Source: Verrucomicrobiota bacterium
GTDB lineage: Bacteria > Verrucomicrobiota > Verrucomicrobiia > Limisphaerales > JADLHS01
NCBI GenBank assembly: GCA_029573725.1
Contig: JAKQDQ010000178.1
Location: 467,929 to 531,928 of the forward strand
Direction: 5' to 3'
DNA length: 64,000 bases
The position numbers and the translations under genes were made by a program. The notes below the pieces were generated by a model. It did no database searches. It saw only the letters and a list, made by a program, of their open reading frames with translations, and was not told the origin of the DNA. Shown in pieces: positions 45,731-54,773 of the stretch. Each line of letters starts with the position of its first letter. Positions within the stretch are counted from its first letter, which is position 1.

Positions 45731-47698
45731 TCACTCCTCCACCGGCACGACCAGCCTATCCATGATGTAATCTTTGCGCTCGGGCGTGTTCTTGCCCATG
45801 TAGAAGGTCAGGATCGGCGTGGACTCGGCGCGCGGGGCATATTCCACTTTGCTCAAGCGCATCTCCTTGCCGATGAATTGCGCAAACTCCTTCGGGCTGA
45901 TTTCGCCGAGGCCTTTGAAACGCGTGATTTCGATCTTGCGTTTGAGTTGCCCCTCTCCCGGCTGCGCCACCCTCTCCCCATCCGATGGGGAGAGGGACGG
46001 GGTGAGGGGTTTCCCACCGAGTTCGGTCACCGCTTTGTCGCGTTCGGCTTCGCTGTAGCAGTAAATCGTTTTCTCTTTGTTACGCACGCGGAACAGCGGC
46101 GTCTCCAGCACATACACGTGCCCGTCGTGGACCAGTTGCTCGAAGAAGCGGAAGAAGTACGTGATCATCAGGTTGCGGATGTGCATGCCGTCCACGTCCG
46201 CGTCGGTGGCAAGGATGACCTTCTCGTACCGCAAGCCCTCGGTGTTGTCCTCGACATTGAGCGCCTGCATGAGGTTGTACATCTCGTCGTTCTTGTACAT
46301 CACGTCGCGCTTGAGATCCCAGACATTGAGCGGCTTGCCCTTGAGCACGAACACGGCCTGATTGTTCACGTCGCGGCAGCTCGTGATCGAGCCGGCGGCG
46401 GACTGGCCTTCGCAGATGAAGACCATCGTGCCTTTGCCCTTTTCCTTCTTTTTGTCGAAATGATTCTTGCAGTCCTTCAACTGCGGGATGCGCAACGTGA
46501 TCGCCTTGGCGCGTTCGCGCGCGAGCTTCTTCACGTTCTGCAATTCCTTCCGCAACTCCTGCGTGTCCTTCACCTTCGCGACGATCGTCTCGGCGATCTG
46601 CTTGTTGCGCTGGAAGAAATGCAACAACTCCTCGCGCACGTTGTTGACGAGTTCGGTGCGGATTTCCGTGTTGCCCAATTTGTTCTTCGTCTGCGACTCA
46701 AACATCGGGTCTTTGAGACGAATCGCCACCGCGCCAACCATCGCCTCGCGCACGTCGTCGCCCTCGAACTTGCCGCCGCAATACTCATTTACTGCCTTGA
46801 GCAAACCTTCGCGAAACGCGCTCAAATGCGTGCCGCCGTCGCTGGTGTATTGGCCGTTGACGAAGGAATAGAACGTCTCGCCGTAGCGTGAATTGCTGTG
46901 CGTGAAGCAGAACTCCAGCGTCTTGCTCGCGTAATGGAGCGGAGAATACAACGGCTCGCTGCCGTCCCCCGACAAATCTTCCATCACCAGGTCCATCAGG
47001 CCGTGGCGGGATTGGAAAATCTTTGGACTATCCTCGGTAGGGACATCGCGCTGCGATGTCCGGTCGGCGCAGCGCGCCGACCCTACCATATTCAGAATCA
47101 GCTTCAGCCCCGTGTTCAGGTAACTGTAATGCCGCAGCCGCTTTTCGACGTGCTCGGGCTTGAACTCCGTTTCCTTGAAGATCTCCGGATCCGGCTCGAA
47201 TTCGATGTAGGTTCCGTTCGGTTCCTTCGTTTTGCCCGAGTCCTCCTTCTTCAGTTTGCCGGTCTTGAATTGCGCCTCGGCATATTCACCATCGCGATGG
47301 CTGCGCACGATGAAGTTCTTGGACAGCGCATTCACCGCCTTGGTGCCGACGCCATTCAAGCCGACGCTGAACTGGAACACGTCGTCATTGTACTTCGCGC
47401 CGGTGTTGATTTTGGAAACGCAGTCCACGACCTTGCCGAGCGGGATGCCGCGGCCGTAATCGCGCACGCAGACGTGCGTGCCGTCAATGGTGATCTCCAC
47501 CTCCTTGCCGTGGCCCATGATGTATTCGTCAATGGCGTTGTCCACGACCTCCTTGAGCAGGATGTAGCAGCCGTCGTCGTAATGGTTGCCATTGCCGATG
47601 CGCCCGATGTACATGCCGGTGCGCAGCCGGATGTGCTCCAGCGAACTCAGCGTCTTGATCTTGCTCTCGTCGTAGTTGTGCTTTGGTTTTTCAGCCAT
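45731..47698 (-). CDS. Type IIA DNA topoisomerase ATPase subunit B (GyrB/ParE family) carrying two in-frame repeat insertions
   Basis: ATG 47698 (MAEKPKHNYDESKIKTLSSLEHIRLRTGMYIG) within track ORF 45731-47938. GHKL motifs: EVVDNAIDE, DYGRGIP. Toprim motifs: ICEGQSAAGS, ILATDADVDGMHIRNL. Tail motif: RFKGLGE. The 80-codon N-terminal extension in the track is translated REP sequence. Confidence 0.9.
   Translation of the reverse strand: MAEKPKHNYDESKIKTLSSLEHIRLRTGMYIGRIGNGNHYDDGCYILLKEVVDNAIDEYIMGHGKEVEITIDGTHVCVRDYGRGIPLGKVVDCVSKINTGAKYNDDVFQFSVGLNGVGTKAVNALSKNFIVRSHRDGEYAEAQFKTGKLKKEDSGKTKEPNGTYIEFEPDPEIFKETEFKPEHVEKRLRHYSYLNTGLKLILNMVGSARCADRTSQRDVPTEDSPKIFQSRHGLMDLVMEDLSGDGSEPLYSPLHYASKTLEFCFTHSNSRYGETFYSFVNGQYTSDGGTHLSAFREGLLKAVNEYCGGKFEGDDVREAMVGAVAIRLKDPMFESQTKNKLGNTEIRTELVNNVREELLHFFQRNKQIAETIVAKVKDTQELRKELQNVKKLARERAKAITLRIPQLKDCKNHFDKKKEKGKGTMVFICEGQSAAGSITSCRDVNNQAVFVLKGKPLNVWDLKRDVMYKNDEMYNLMQALNVEDNTEGLRYEKVILATDADVDGMHIRNLMITYFFRFFEQLVHDGHVYVLETPLFRVRNKEKTIYCYSEAERDKAVTELGGKPLTPSLSPSDGERVAQPGEGQLKRKIEITRFKGLGEISPKEFAQFIGKEMRLSKVEYAPRAESTPILTFYMGKNTPERKDYIMDRLVVPVEE
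45950..46009. repeat. 60-bp nested palindrome (GC-hairpin family) inside the topoisomerase CDS
   Basis: CCCCTCTCCC ggctgcgcca CCCTCTCCCC atccgat GGGGAGAGGG acg GGGTGAGGGG. It is exactly 20 codons, translated on the minus strand as PLTPSLSPSDGERVAQPGEG. It has the same family and orientation as 18535-18600. Confidence 0.75.
47036..47087. repeat. 52-bp cloverleaf-like palindromic element inside the topoisomerase CDS
   Basis: Outer stem GGTAGGG/CCCTACC encloses two perfect 9-bp hairpins: GGACATCGC gct GCGATGTCC (47041-47061) and GGTCGGCGC agc GCGCCGACC (47062-47082). Positions 47036-47086 are 17 in-frame codons reading VGSARCADRTSQRDVPT. Confidence 0.75.
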
Positions 47699-47783
47699 AG
47701 AAAGTTGCTGAAGTAGAAGATGGGAAAAATCACACCGGGAGGAAATGCGAAAGTGAGGTGTAAGATTGGATTGCGTCCATCCG

Positions 47784-47884
47784 AAAGCGGCGGTAAACAC
47801 GCCGCAGTCCAGACGCTTCGCGCGGTTTGGAGACGCCCGGTGGTCGCGCCAGCGTCTGGACTGCGGTGGCTTTAGCACCGCTTT
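47784..47884. repeat. REPIN-like doublet (two inverted REP units)
   Basis: Arm 47784-47816 is AAAGCGGCGgtaaacaCGCCGCAGTCCAGACGC. Arm 47852-47884 is GCGTCTGGACTGCGGTGgctttagCACCGCTTT. The spacer contains CGGTTTGGAGACGCCCG. Confidence 0.8.
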
Positions 47885-47947
47885 TACTACGAACCGCCAA
47901 GACGCTTTCACCTTTTCCAAACCTCCCGCCTCCGGCATTTTCCCGCC

Positions 47948-48577
47948 ATGACCGCCGACCCGCAGCCACCTAATTCTGAGCCTGCGGCGCCAAGCACGTT
48001 CAAACTTCCATCAGTTCACTTGGTTGATCTCAAGTCTCAACTACCGCCTAAGGATTGGCCACATGCGCCGATTCATCGGCTGGCCGAGAATGCCGTATAT
48101 TTCGTCACCGCCAGCACGTTGCACAAACAACACCTGTTTGATACGCACGCAAAGCGTGATTTGTTGGAACGACTGCTCCTCTCGTTCGCCAAGTGTGACG
48201 GTTGGCAACTGGAAGCGTGGGCGGTGTTTGCCAATCATTATCACATCGTCGCGCGGGGCCGGCACGATTCGCGGAATCTCGGAGATATGCTCCACGATGT
48301 GCATGGAGTCTCCGCCCGTGAACTGAACAAGCTGGACGGTGTTTCCGGCAGAAACGTGTGGTTCAATTTTTGGGATGCCAAACTGACCATCCAACATAGC
48401 TATCTGGCGCGGCTCAACTACGTCCATCAAAACGCGGTGAAGCACAAACTTGTCCCGGTGGCGAACCAATATCCGTGGTGTTCGGCGGCGTGGTTTGAGC
48501 AGACGGCTTCGCCGGCACAGGTGAAGACGATTTACGGTTTCAAGATTGATCGGGTGAAGGTGGAGGATGACTTCTGA
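47948..48577 (+). CDS. IS200/IS605-like Y1 transposase of the RAYT type
   Basis: HUH motif in FANHYHIVARG. Catalytic-Tyr region LARLNYVHQNAVKHKLVPVANQYPWCSAAWF, matching the Y-x-H-x-N-P/A-V-K pattern of REP-associated tyrosine transposases. Confidence 0.85.
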   Translation: MTADPQPPNSEPAAPSTFKLPSVHLVDLKSQLPPKDWPHAPIHRLAENAVYFVTASTLHKQHLFDTHAKRDLLERLLLSFAKCDGWQLEAWAVFANHYHIVARGRHDSRNLGDMLHDVHGVSARELNKLDGVSGRNVWFNFWDAKLTIQHSYLARLNYVHQNAVKHKLVPVANQYPWCSAAWFEQTASPAQVKTIYGFKIDRVKVEDDF

Positions 48578-48587
48578 AGCGTGGGAG

Positions 48588-48685
48588 AGCGGTGCTAAAG
48601 CCACCGCACTCCAGACGCTCCGGCGGTTTGGAGATGCCCGACATTCGCGTCAGCGTTTGGACTGCGGTGGCTTTAGCACCGCTTT
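48588..48685. repeat. REPIN-like doublet (two inverted REP units)
   Basis: Arm 48588-48619 is AGCGGTGctaaagcCACCGCACTCCAGACGCT. Arm 48652-48684 is AGCGTTTGGACTGCGGTGgctttagCACCGCTT. The spacer contains CGGTTTGGAGATGCCCG. Confidence 0.8.
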
Positions 48686-48736
48686 TGTTTGCCAACCTGA
48701 CTCCCGCCAAAAAACTTCGATCTTCCTACTTCAACC

Positions 48737-49177
48737 CTATTTCAAGACGCTCTGATGAAACTCGTACCAGTCGTCGAGGTTGTTCAGGTTGATGGCGTCC
48801 GGGCACACGGAGCTGGCGTCGGTGATGCCATTGGCCTTCAAGATGCCCGTGCGGACGTCGTCTTTGTGGATGTAACCCTGGATCGCCAGGTTGAGCTTGT
48901 GGATGGTGGCTTTGTCGAGGTGTTTGGCGTTCTGTTTCACCCACGCCTCGAATTGCGGGTAGGTGGGCTTTGTGGTGGCAATGAACTTCTTCACCGCCTC
49001 GGCATCCAGTCCCAGGGCCGCGCACACCATGGAGTCGTAACCCTGGCCGATGCCGGGGTAGCCGTCGGCCAGTTTGCCGCAGGCTTCGAGCGAGACCTTG
49101 AGCCACATGCGCGGCAAGTGGAGAACTCCCAACGGGCCAGCCGTGCCGGAACTGATCATCGGAACTATTTTTGCCAT
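48737..49177 (-). CDS. DUF5069-like protein
   Basis: ISSGTAGPLGVLHLPRMWLKVSLEACGKLADGYPGIGQGYDSMVCAALGLDAEAVKKFI resembles the DUF5069 pattern. This family call is from memory only. Confidence 0.6.
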   Translation of the reverse strand: MAKIVPMISSGTAGPLGVLHLPRMWLKVSLEACGKLADGYPGIGQGYDSMVCAALGLDAEAVKKFIATTKPTYPQFEAWVKQNAKHLDKATIHKLNLAIQGYIHKDDVRTGILKANGITDASSVCPDAINLNNLDDWYEFHQSVLK

Positions 49178-49353
49178 AGCTTTGTTTGGTGGATTGTTTG
49201 AGATGTGAAACTGCCCTCAGCTTGCACGGGAGTCGCAATGGCTTCAATCGGAATTTCTCGGCGAAGATTTTCTGAATGGAGAACGGCCGAACTCCTCCCT
49301 TGGCTTTCCTTCCGTTTCCGTTCGTTCCGTCATCAGGAGCAGTCCTGCCGGGA

Positions 49354-51525
49354 TCAGGGGGCAGGCTGGTGGGCGCGATAGTTGAAGCGGTCGTTCGGCG
49401 CGGTGTCGCCATTGAGGGTGAAGTCGGTCCAATCGTCTGCCGCGAGGCAGTTGTCCGCCCACTTGAAATCGAGCCTCGCCGCCGGCGACTGCAAACCCAG
49501 CAGTTTCCAGGGGATGGCCAGTTCCAGTTCGTTGCCGGCGACGCGACAGGACACCGAGCCTGCCGAGGACCACGCGAAACGATTGGCGACGTTGGTTTCG
49601 AGCGACCCGGCGGCCGTGCGGTTGACCACAACATCGTAACCCAGCCAGCCGGTTTTTGGATTCGCATCCGCGTCCAGGAACAACAGCATCCAGTTTGTGC
49701 CCTGCGGCGCGGTGATTGGATCGCGCGTACGGACATAGAACCACGCGGTCTCCCGATCCGAACTGAACTTCGCGGCGACGATGTCGTTGCGTCCGGTTTC
49801 GTTGCGATAGGTGACCTTCGCGTCCCAGCCGCGATGCCCGCGATGCACCGGGTCGCCGACGGTGTCGCGAAACTCGGGTTGCACCGCGCGCCAGTCGTCG
49901 AACCTGCCGTCCACCGTGATTGGCCGCGATTGAACCGGCGGCAGCGGTCGCGCGCCCTTGAATTTTCGCACGTAGCTGACGAACTGATAATAATAATCGT
50001 CGCCGTGCCCGCCGCGCATCGGTTCGATGTCCCGGCTGTGCTCCTGGTCAAACTGATCCACGAACATCACCGGCAGCTTGATGCCGTTGAACTCGGCAAA
50101 GCGGCCCATGATCCATTCGTTCCAGCCGGTGACGAAGATGAAGCGCGGGTCTTCCTGCAAGGCGCGAGCCCATTGCTCGGTGACGTTCAAGCCGAGTCGC
50201 ACCGCATCGGGGCGGGTATCGGTCGCGCCAGCATGGAAGCTGCGGCCATGCGCGCCCGGTTCACTCATCGAACCCAGCCGGCCGTTAACCGCGTTCTGCG
50301 CGATGCCAACCGACATCTGTTCCTTCTGCCCGGCGGCATTGGTGAACACATGCTGCGGATAAACCTCGAGCCAGCTCCACATGTTTGATTTGGTCGGCCC
50401 CTTGAAATAGTCCGGCTGCGGCGCGCGAAAAGTGAAGAACCGGAGGAGCGCCTCTGTTTCGGCGTCGGTGAACGCAAGCCGCAGCGTCCGATCGCCAGCC
50501 ACCGCCGCGCCGTCGGCAAAGGCGCTTCCGCGTGAAAATTTGTCCTCCGGGTGGCTCCACCAGCCGATGTGACCTTGCGGCTCTGAAGCCTCGAGGAAAT
50601 AAGTTCCCGCGGGAGCAGGCGGTTGGAGTTTCAGCCGCAGCCAGGAGTTGTCGCGCACGTTTTGAAATCGCTCGGTGGCAACGACCGGGCCGGCGGGGCC
50701 ATTGCTGCGCAACGTCAGAGTCACGGCGCCGGTCGAGGTGTGCCAGGTGGCGAATCGGGCGCTGACGGTTTGCAGCGCGCGGTCGGTGGTGAAGGATTGT
50801 CCGAGCGGATGGCCGGATTGAATTTCGGCGGGAGCATCCTGGTGCGCGTTTTCTTCACTCACGAAAACGAGTTCGGGGTCGGCGAGAATCAGCGGTTTGC
50901 CCTCCCAACGAAACCACAATTCGGGGTGCAACTCGGGCTGGTAAAGATCGCGCCAGAGTTCATGCACGACTTTCGAGGGACTCCAGAATGGCGTGAGGAA
51001 AGCGACCTGCGGGGTGCGATTGCCCTGGCGGCGCATGTCCGCCCAGACGCGCAACAGGGCGCGATACCAATCGCGGTAGGTGATTTGATTGGTGACATCG
51101 AAGATGACCACGTCCACGCCGGCGTCAGAGAGCATCTGGGCGTGCTTGCGCAGGACGCCCTCGTCGTTCGTCAGATAGTATCCGAAGAGCGACTCGCCCC
51201 AATGATGCGGCGCGTGCAACGGTCCCCACAGCGGGCTGTCCGGCTTCTGCATGGCCTGCGGATCCGCGGCGAGAATCTTCCTCACATCGAACGGCCCGCC
51301 CTGAATGTGCTCGCCGAGCCAGAGGAAATAGAAGATGCCGACCGTGCGATCGGCCCGTGGCGCGGGAACGGCGGGATACGTGGGAACAGTTCGGCCCAGC
51401 GCGTCGGTGGCCACCCAGGTGTCGGAGTAATTGTCCCAGTCAGGTTGCGCGGCCACCGGGGCCGCCAGGAATAATCCGGCGGCCAGTGACGTGAAACTTT
51501 TACGGCTCCGATCAAAAAATTGCAC
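49354..51525 (-). CDS. Secreted putative glycoside-hydrolase-like protein (TIM-barrel-like N-domain + beta-sandwich C-domains)
   Basis: Signal peptide MQFFDRSRKSFTSLAAGLFLAAPVAAQ. The sequence VGIFYFLWLGEH...HHWGESLFGYYLTNDEGVLRKHAQMLSDAGVDVVIFDVTNQ is typical of uncharacterised GH-like families. I cannot assign the exact family. Confidence 0.7.
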   Translation of the reverse strand: MQFFDRSRKSFTSLAAGLFLAAPVAAQPDWDNYSDTWVATDALGRTVPTYPAVPAPRADRTVGIFYFLWLGEHIQGGPFDVRKILAADPQAMQKPDSPLWGPLHAPHHWGESLFGYYLTNDEGVLRKHAQMLSDAGVDVVIFDVTNQITYRDWYRALLRVWADMRRQGNRTPQVAFLTPFWSPSKVVHELWRDLYQPELHPELWFRWEGKPLILADPELVFVSEENAHQDAPAEIQSGHPLGQSFTTDRALQTVSARFATWHTSTGAVTLTLRSNGPAGPVVATERFQNVRDNSWLRLKLQPPAPAGTYFLEASEPQGHIGWWSHPEDKFSRGSAFADGAAVAGDRTLRLAFTDAETEALLRFFTFRAPQPDYFKGPTKSNMWSWLEVYPQHVFTNAAGQKEQMSVGIAQNAVNGRLGSMSEPGAHGRSFHAGATDTRPDAVRLGLNVTEQWARALQEDPRFIFVTGWNEWIMGRFAEFNGIKLPVMFVDQFDQEHSRDIEPMRGGHGDDYYYQFVSYVRKFKGARPLPPVQSRPITVDGRFDDWRAVQPEFRDTVGDPVHRGHRGWDAKVTYRNETGRNDIVAAKFSSDRETAWFYVRTRDPITAPQGTNWMLLFLDADANPKTGWLGYDVVVNRTAAGSLETNVANRFAWSSAGSVSCRVAGNELELAIPWKLLGLQSPAARLDFKWADNCLAADDWTDFTLNGDTAPNDRFNYRAHQPAP

Positions 51526-51555
51526 AGGCGTTTAATAACTCATCCGTCCTGCAGG

Positions 51556-53217
51556 TCAACCGTCCAACGGTTCCCAAAGCCCTGCGTAGGGTTGCAGACG
51601 GTAACATTTCCTCGTACGCCCGGGCGGGGATAGCGTCACGGCCTCCGCACTGACGTTCTGCAGGCACAACACCGCCGACGCGTCCGTCACGGCGGTGCGT
51701 TGCGTCGCAAACACCCGGGGGTCCCAGCGCAGAATTTCCTGCTTCGCAGCCGGGGCGAAGGCCGGATGGCGGCGCCGCTGGCGCAGCAGATCGCGCAGGC
51801 CGTGAAACACCTGTGCCCGCAGGGTCGCCGGCTGCTGCAGCTCCGCCTCCAGTCCGGCGAGCGCCAGTTTCTGGCGGTTGATCCGGCGTGGGAGGCCACT
51901 GCTTTCTGCTCCCGCCCGGTCATTGCGGGATCCGAACATGGAGTGGAAATAAATGCCCGGCACCCCCGCGAGTGCGAACATGATGGCGTGAGCTCCCAGG
52001 AAGCGTCGGACCTGGACTTCCTGCGATTCTGCGGCGGCGGGATCGGAAAGCGCGTCAAAATAGTTAATGTTCAATTCGTAGGGGCTTTGGGAATCATCGG
52101 CATTTTTTTTGTATGACACATACCCATTGTGCGCTTTAGCGCGGGTGACGAGGGCCTCGAGTTCGTCCGGACTCAAAATGCCGCGCACCGGATTGAGGCC
52201 AATGCCGTCGTGCGAAGCGAGAAAATTGAAGAACGTGGTCTGCGCGGAGGGGGTATTCAATGTGTCCGCCCAGGCGGACAGTTTTTCGGCGTTGCCCGTG
52301 GCCAGGGCATGCAGCACCAAGGGCGGCAGCGCGAAATTGTACACCAGTTGGGCTTCGTCCGTGCCATTGCCGAAATAGGAGAGGTTGTCGGCGTGCGGCA
52401 CATTGGTTTCGGTGATCAAGCGCACTCCGGGCGCGACCTCGTCCAGAACCGCGCGCATGAGCTGGATGATTTTATGCGTCTGCGGCCGGTGCAGGCAGGT
52501 CGTGCCGATTTCCTTCCAGAGAAACGCGACCGCGTCCAGGCGGATGAATCGGGCGCCCTGCTGCACGTAGGTCAGCAGCGCGCGCAGCACCGCCAGCAGG
52601 AGCTGTGGATTATGGAAATTCAAATCCGCCTGATCCGGGCCAAAGGTGGTCCAGATCCGCTCCGGGCCGCGCGCCGTTTGAAATTCTGTCAGGAGCGGTG
52701 AAACCCGGGGGCGGACGACCCCGGACAAATCCGGATGACCATGCACGGCAATGAAGAACTCGCGAAATTCCGGCACGTCGGCGGCGAACTTCGCAAACCA
52801 ATCACCCTGGACCGACAGGTGGTTAAACACGGCGTCAAACATCAGCGTGAATTCAGGTGCAAACCGGCGCAGGTCATCCCAGGTTCCGTACTCGGGCGCC
52901 ACGGCAAAAAAATCCCGCACGGAAAAACCGTCGTCCGAAGACCAGGGATAGAACGGCAGCAAATGCACGCCACTGACGACACCGGTCAGCCGGTCCCGCA
53001 AAAAGTCCGCCAGGGTGGCGAGCGGTTTGCGCGACGGCTCCCGCACCTGGTCGGCGTACGTGATGAGAATGGCGTCGCGCTCCGTCAGTTCGGCGGTGCG
53101 GGGTTCCTGCGGCGTGCGGGGGACCGTCGCTAATAATTGTGCCAATGGGCGGTGAAGCCGGGCGGCCACCGCAGTGGGGTAAATGCCTTCCAAGAGGCGA
53201 ATGATGCGTGCATCCAT
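51556..53217 (-). CDS. GH13 sugar phosphorylase (sucrose phosphorylase / glucosylglycerate phosphorylase family)
   Basis: ERDAILITYADQV, LLPFYPWSSDDGFSVRDFFAVAPEYGTWDDL, LMFDAVFNHLS, FIRLDAVAFLWKE, ITETNVPH, FLASHDGIGL are the GH13_18-type conserved regions. Confidence 0.85.
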   Translation of the reverse strand: MDARIIRLLEGIYPTAVAARLHRPLAQLLATVPRTPQEPRTAELTERDAILITYADQVREPSRKPLATLADFLRDRLTGVVSGVHLLPFYPWSSDDGFSVRDFFAVAPEYGTWDDLRRFAPEFTLMFDAVFNHLSVQGDWFAKFAADVPEFREFFIAVHGHPDLSGVVRPRVSPLLTEFQTARGPERIWTTFGPDQADLNFHNPQLLLAVLRALLTYVQQGARFIRLDAVAFLWKEIGTTCLHRPQTHKIIQLMRAVLDEVAPGVRLITETNVPHADNLSYFGNGTDEAQLVYNFALPPLVLHALATGNAEKLSAWADTLNTPSAQTTFFNFLASHDGIGLNPVRGILSPDELEALVTRAKAHNGYVSYKKNADDSQSPYELNINYFDALSDPAAAESQEVQVRRFLGAHAIMFALAGVPGIYFHSMFGSRNDRAGAESSGLPRRINRQKLALAGLEAELQQPATLRAQVFHGLRDLLRQRRRHPAFAPAAKQEILRWDPRVFATQRTAVTDASAVLCLQNVSAEAVTLSPPGRTRKCYRLQPYAGLWEPLDG

Positions 53218-53391
53218 GATTGTGCGGCGTCAAGGGAAGCACGATTTTTCCCGGGTGAAAAGCCGGACGTACCGCGCCCGGTAGATTTTTTCAAGGCCCG
53301 CCGCGTGGCCAGGTCTGGCCGCGGGCGAAACTCGGGGGATGGTTGTGCCGGCGGACTGGTCAGGCATGGGGCCTTGGGTTAACCTGAACGC

Positions 53392-54309
53392 ATGACGATT
53401 CGTCGATTTTTGCGCTGGTCGCTTTTGGCGGCCCTTGGCCTTCTGATGTTGTTCAGTTTGGCCGCCGGGGCCGCCTGGTGGTACTTCCATCCCCCGGTCA
53501 AGCGCACGGATGGGATCATCTATGGTGATCGCGGCGGGCAGGCGCTGGCGCTGGATGTGATCCGGCCGGCCAAGGCCAACGGGCTGGGCGTTCTGGTGAT
53601 GGTGAGTGGTGGTTGGAAATCGAAGCGGCCCGGCGAGTTGAGCACCTGGATGGCGGCTTCACTGTTGCGCCGGGGGTACACGGTGATTCCGGTTTACCAC
53701 GTTTCACAACCGCAGGCGAGCATCATGGAGATCATTGCGGACGTGAATCGCGCGGTCCGGTTCGTCCGCCACCACGCCCGCGAGTACGGGGTGGACCCGC
53801 AGCGGCTCGGCGTGACGGGTGGCAGCGCAGGGGGACATCTCAGTTTGATGCTGGCGACGTGTGGCGGGCCGGGGCCGGCGGATGCGCGTGATCCAGTGGA
53901 CCGCGAAAGCAGCGCGGTGCAATCCGTGGCCATCTTTTTTCCCGTGACGGATTTGTTGAACCTCGGCAAGTCCACGGAAAACCTGGGCGACGGCGGTCCC
54001 CCAAAAAGCTTCCGGCGCGCGTTCGGACCGGAGGGAACGAATTTGCCGGTCTGGCGGGTGATCGGTCGCGATTGCTCGCCGATTTATCATGTCACTTCGA
54101 ATCTGCCGCCGATTCTCATTTATCATGGCGATGCCGACACGCTGACGCCGCTGGAACAATCCGAGTGGTTTGTCGCCAAGACGGAAGCCGTGGGGCGTCC
54201 GGCCCGGCTGGTCGTGCATCCCGGTGGCCAACACGGCTGGCCCGGGATGATCACGGATCTGCGGCGTTTTGCGGACTGGTTCGATCAGACGCTGCGGCAG
54301 CGGAAGTAA
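53392..54309 (+). CDS. Alpha/beta hydrolase (esterase/lipase-like)
   Basis: N-terminal anchor. Oxyanion region VLVMVSGGWKS. Nucleophile elbow GVTGGSAGGHL. C-terminal IYHGDADTLTP...HGW. Confidence 0.85.
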   Translation: MTIRRFLRWSLLAALGLLMLFSLAAGAAWWYFHPPVKRTDGIIYGDRGGQALALDVIRPAKANGLGVLVMVSGGWKSKRPGELSTWMAASLLRRGYTVIPVYHVSQPQASIMEIIADVNRAVRFVRHHAREYGVDPQRLGVTGGSAGGHLSLMLATCGGPGPADARDPVDRESSAVQSVAIFFPVTDLLNLGKSTENLGDGGPPKSFRRAFGPEGTNLPVWRVIGRDCSPIYHVTSNLPPILIYHGDADTLTPLEQSEWFVAKTEAVGRPARLVVHPGGQHGWPGMITDLRRFADWFDQTLRQRK

Positions 54310-54334
54310 GGCACTCCGTCCTGCGGGCGGCCGG

Positions 54335-54724
54335 TTATTGTCCCGACTTGAGCAGCCCGACCACTGCGGCATGCGCGAGGATGACATCGGGGTCCCGCTG
54401 CAGGGCATCGAAATAATGGCCGGCGAATCCGTGGCCGTGTTCCGCGGCCACGAGCAGGCGTTCCGTTTGTTGCCGGACGGCTTCGACCTCCGCGGGGTGA
54501 AGCGGGCGGCGTCGGGCTTCGAGCACCTGATCGAGGCTGACAATCAGGAGCGAGAGGGGATGCAGCCAGGCGAACCAGGGATCGGTGGTCAGGAGATGCA
54601 GAAAATGATTGGGCGTGGAAATCCTGCCCATGGTTTGTTCGTAGCTGACGCGTTCGGATTCCACCAGGGTTTTATGCAAACGCAGCAGCGCTTCACGAAG
54701 CCGGGGCAGGTGCGCGTCGGTCAT
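54335..54724 (-). CDS. Hypothetical protein
   Basis: Protein-like helical sequence (LREALLRLHKTLVESERVSYEQTMGRISTPNHFLHLLTTDPWFAWLHPLS...). No family recognised. Confidence 0.6.
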   Translation of the reverse strand: MTDAHLPRLREALLRLHKTLVESERVSYEQTMGRISTPNHFLHLLTTDPWFAWLHPLSLLIVSLDQVLEARRRPLHPAEVEAVRQQTERLLVAAEHGHGFAGHYFDALQRDPDVILAHAAVVGLLKSGQ

Positions 54725-54773
54725 CCCGCTTCGGATTCCTTTCCATGGCGGTGCCGCATCGCAGGGGGACGGG

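Larger units (their letters stand above)
47784..48685 (+). mobile_element. RAYT (REP-associated tyrosine transposase) gene flanked by two REPIN-like palindromic doublets
   Basis: Two elements of about 100 bp at 47784-47884 and 48588-48685, in the same orientation, bracket the IS200/IS605-like Y1 transposase gene. Confidence 0.75.

Noticed and set aside
45551-46891. 446-aa plus-strand ORF opposite the topoisomerase gene
   Set aside because: It is a shadow frame. It includes translated repeat sequence (…PLPIRWGEGRGEGF…) and has no motifs.
47699-47938. 80-codon N-terminal extension of the topoisomerase ORF (start at 47938)
   Set aside because: The extension is a translation of the REPIN-like palindrome (…PPQSRRWRDHRASPNRAKRLDCGVFTAAF…). 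Conserved GyrB/ParE sequence begins right after ATG 47698.
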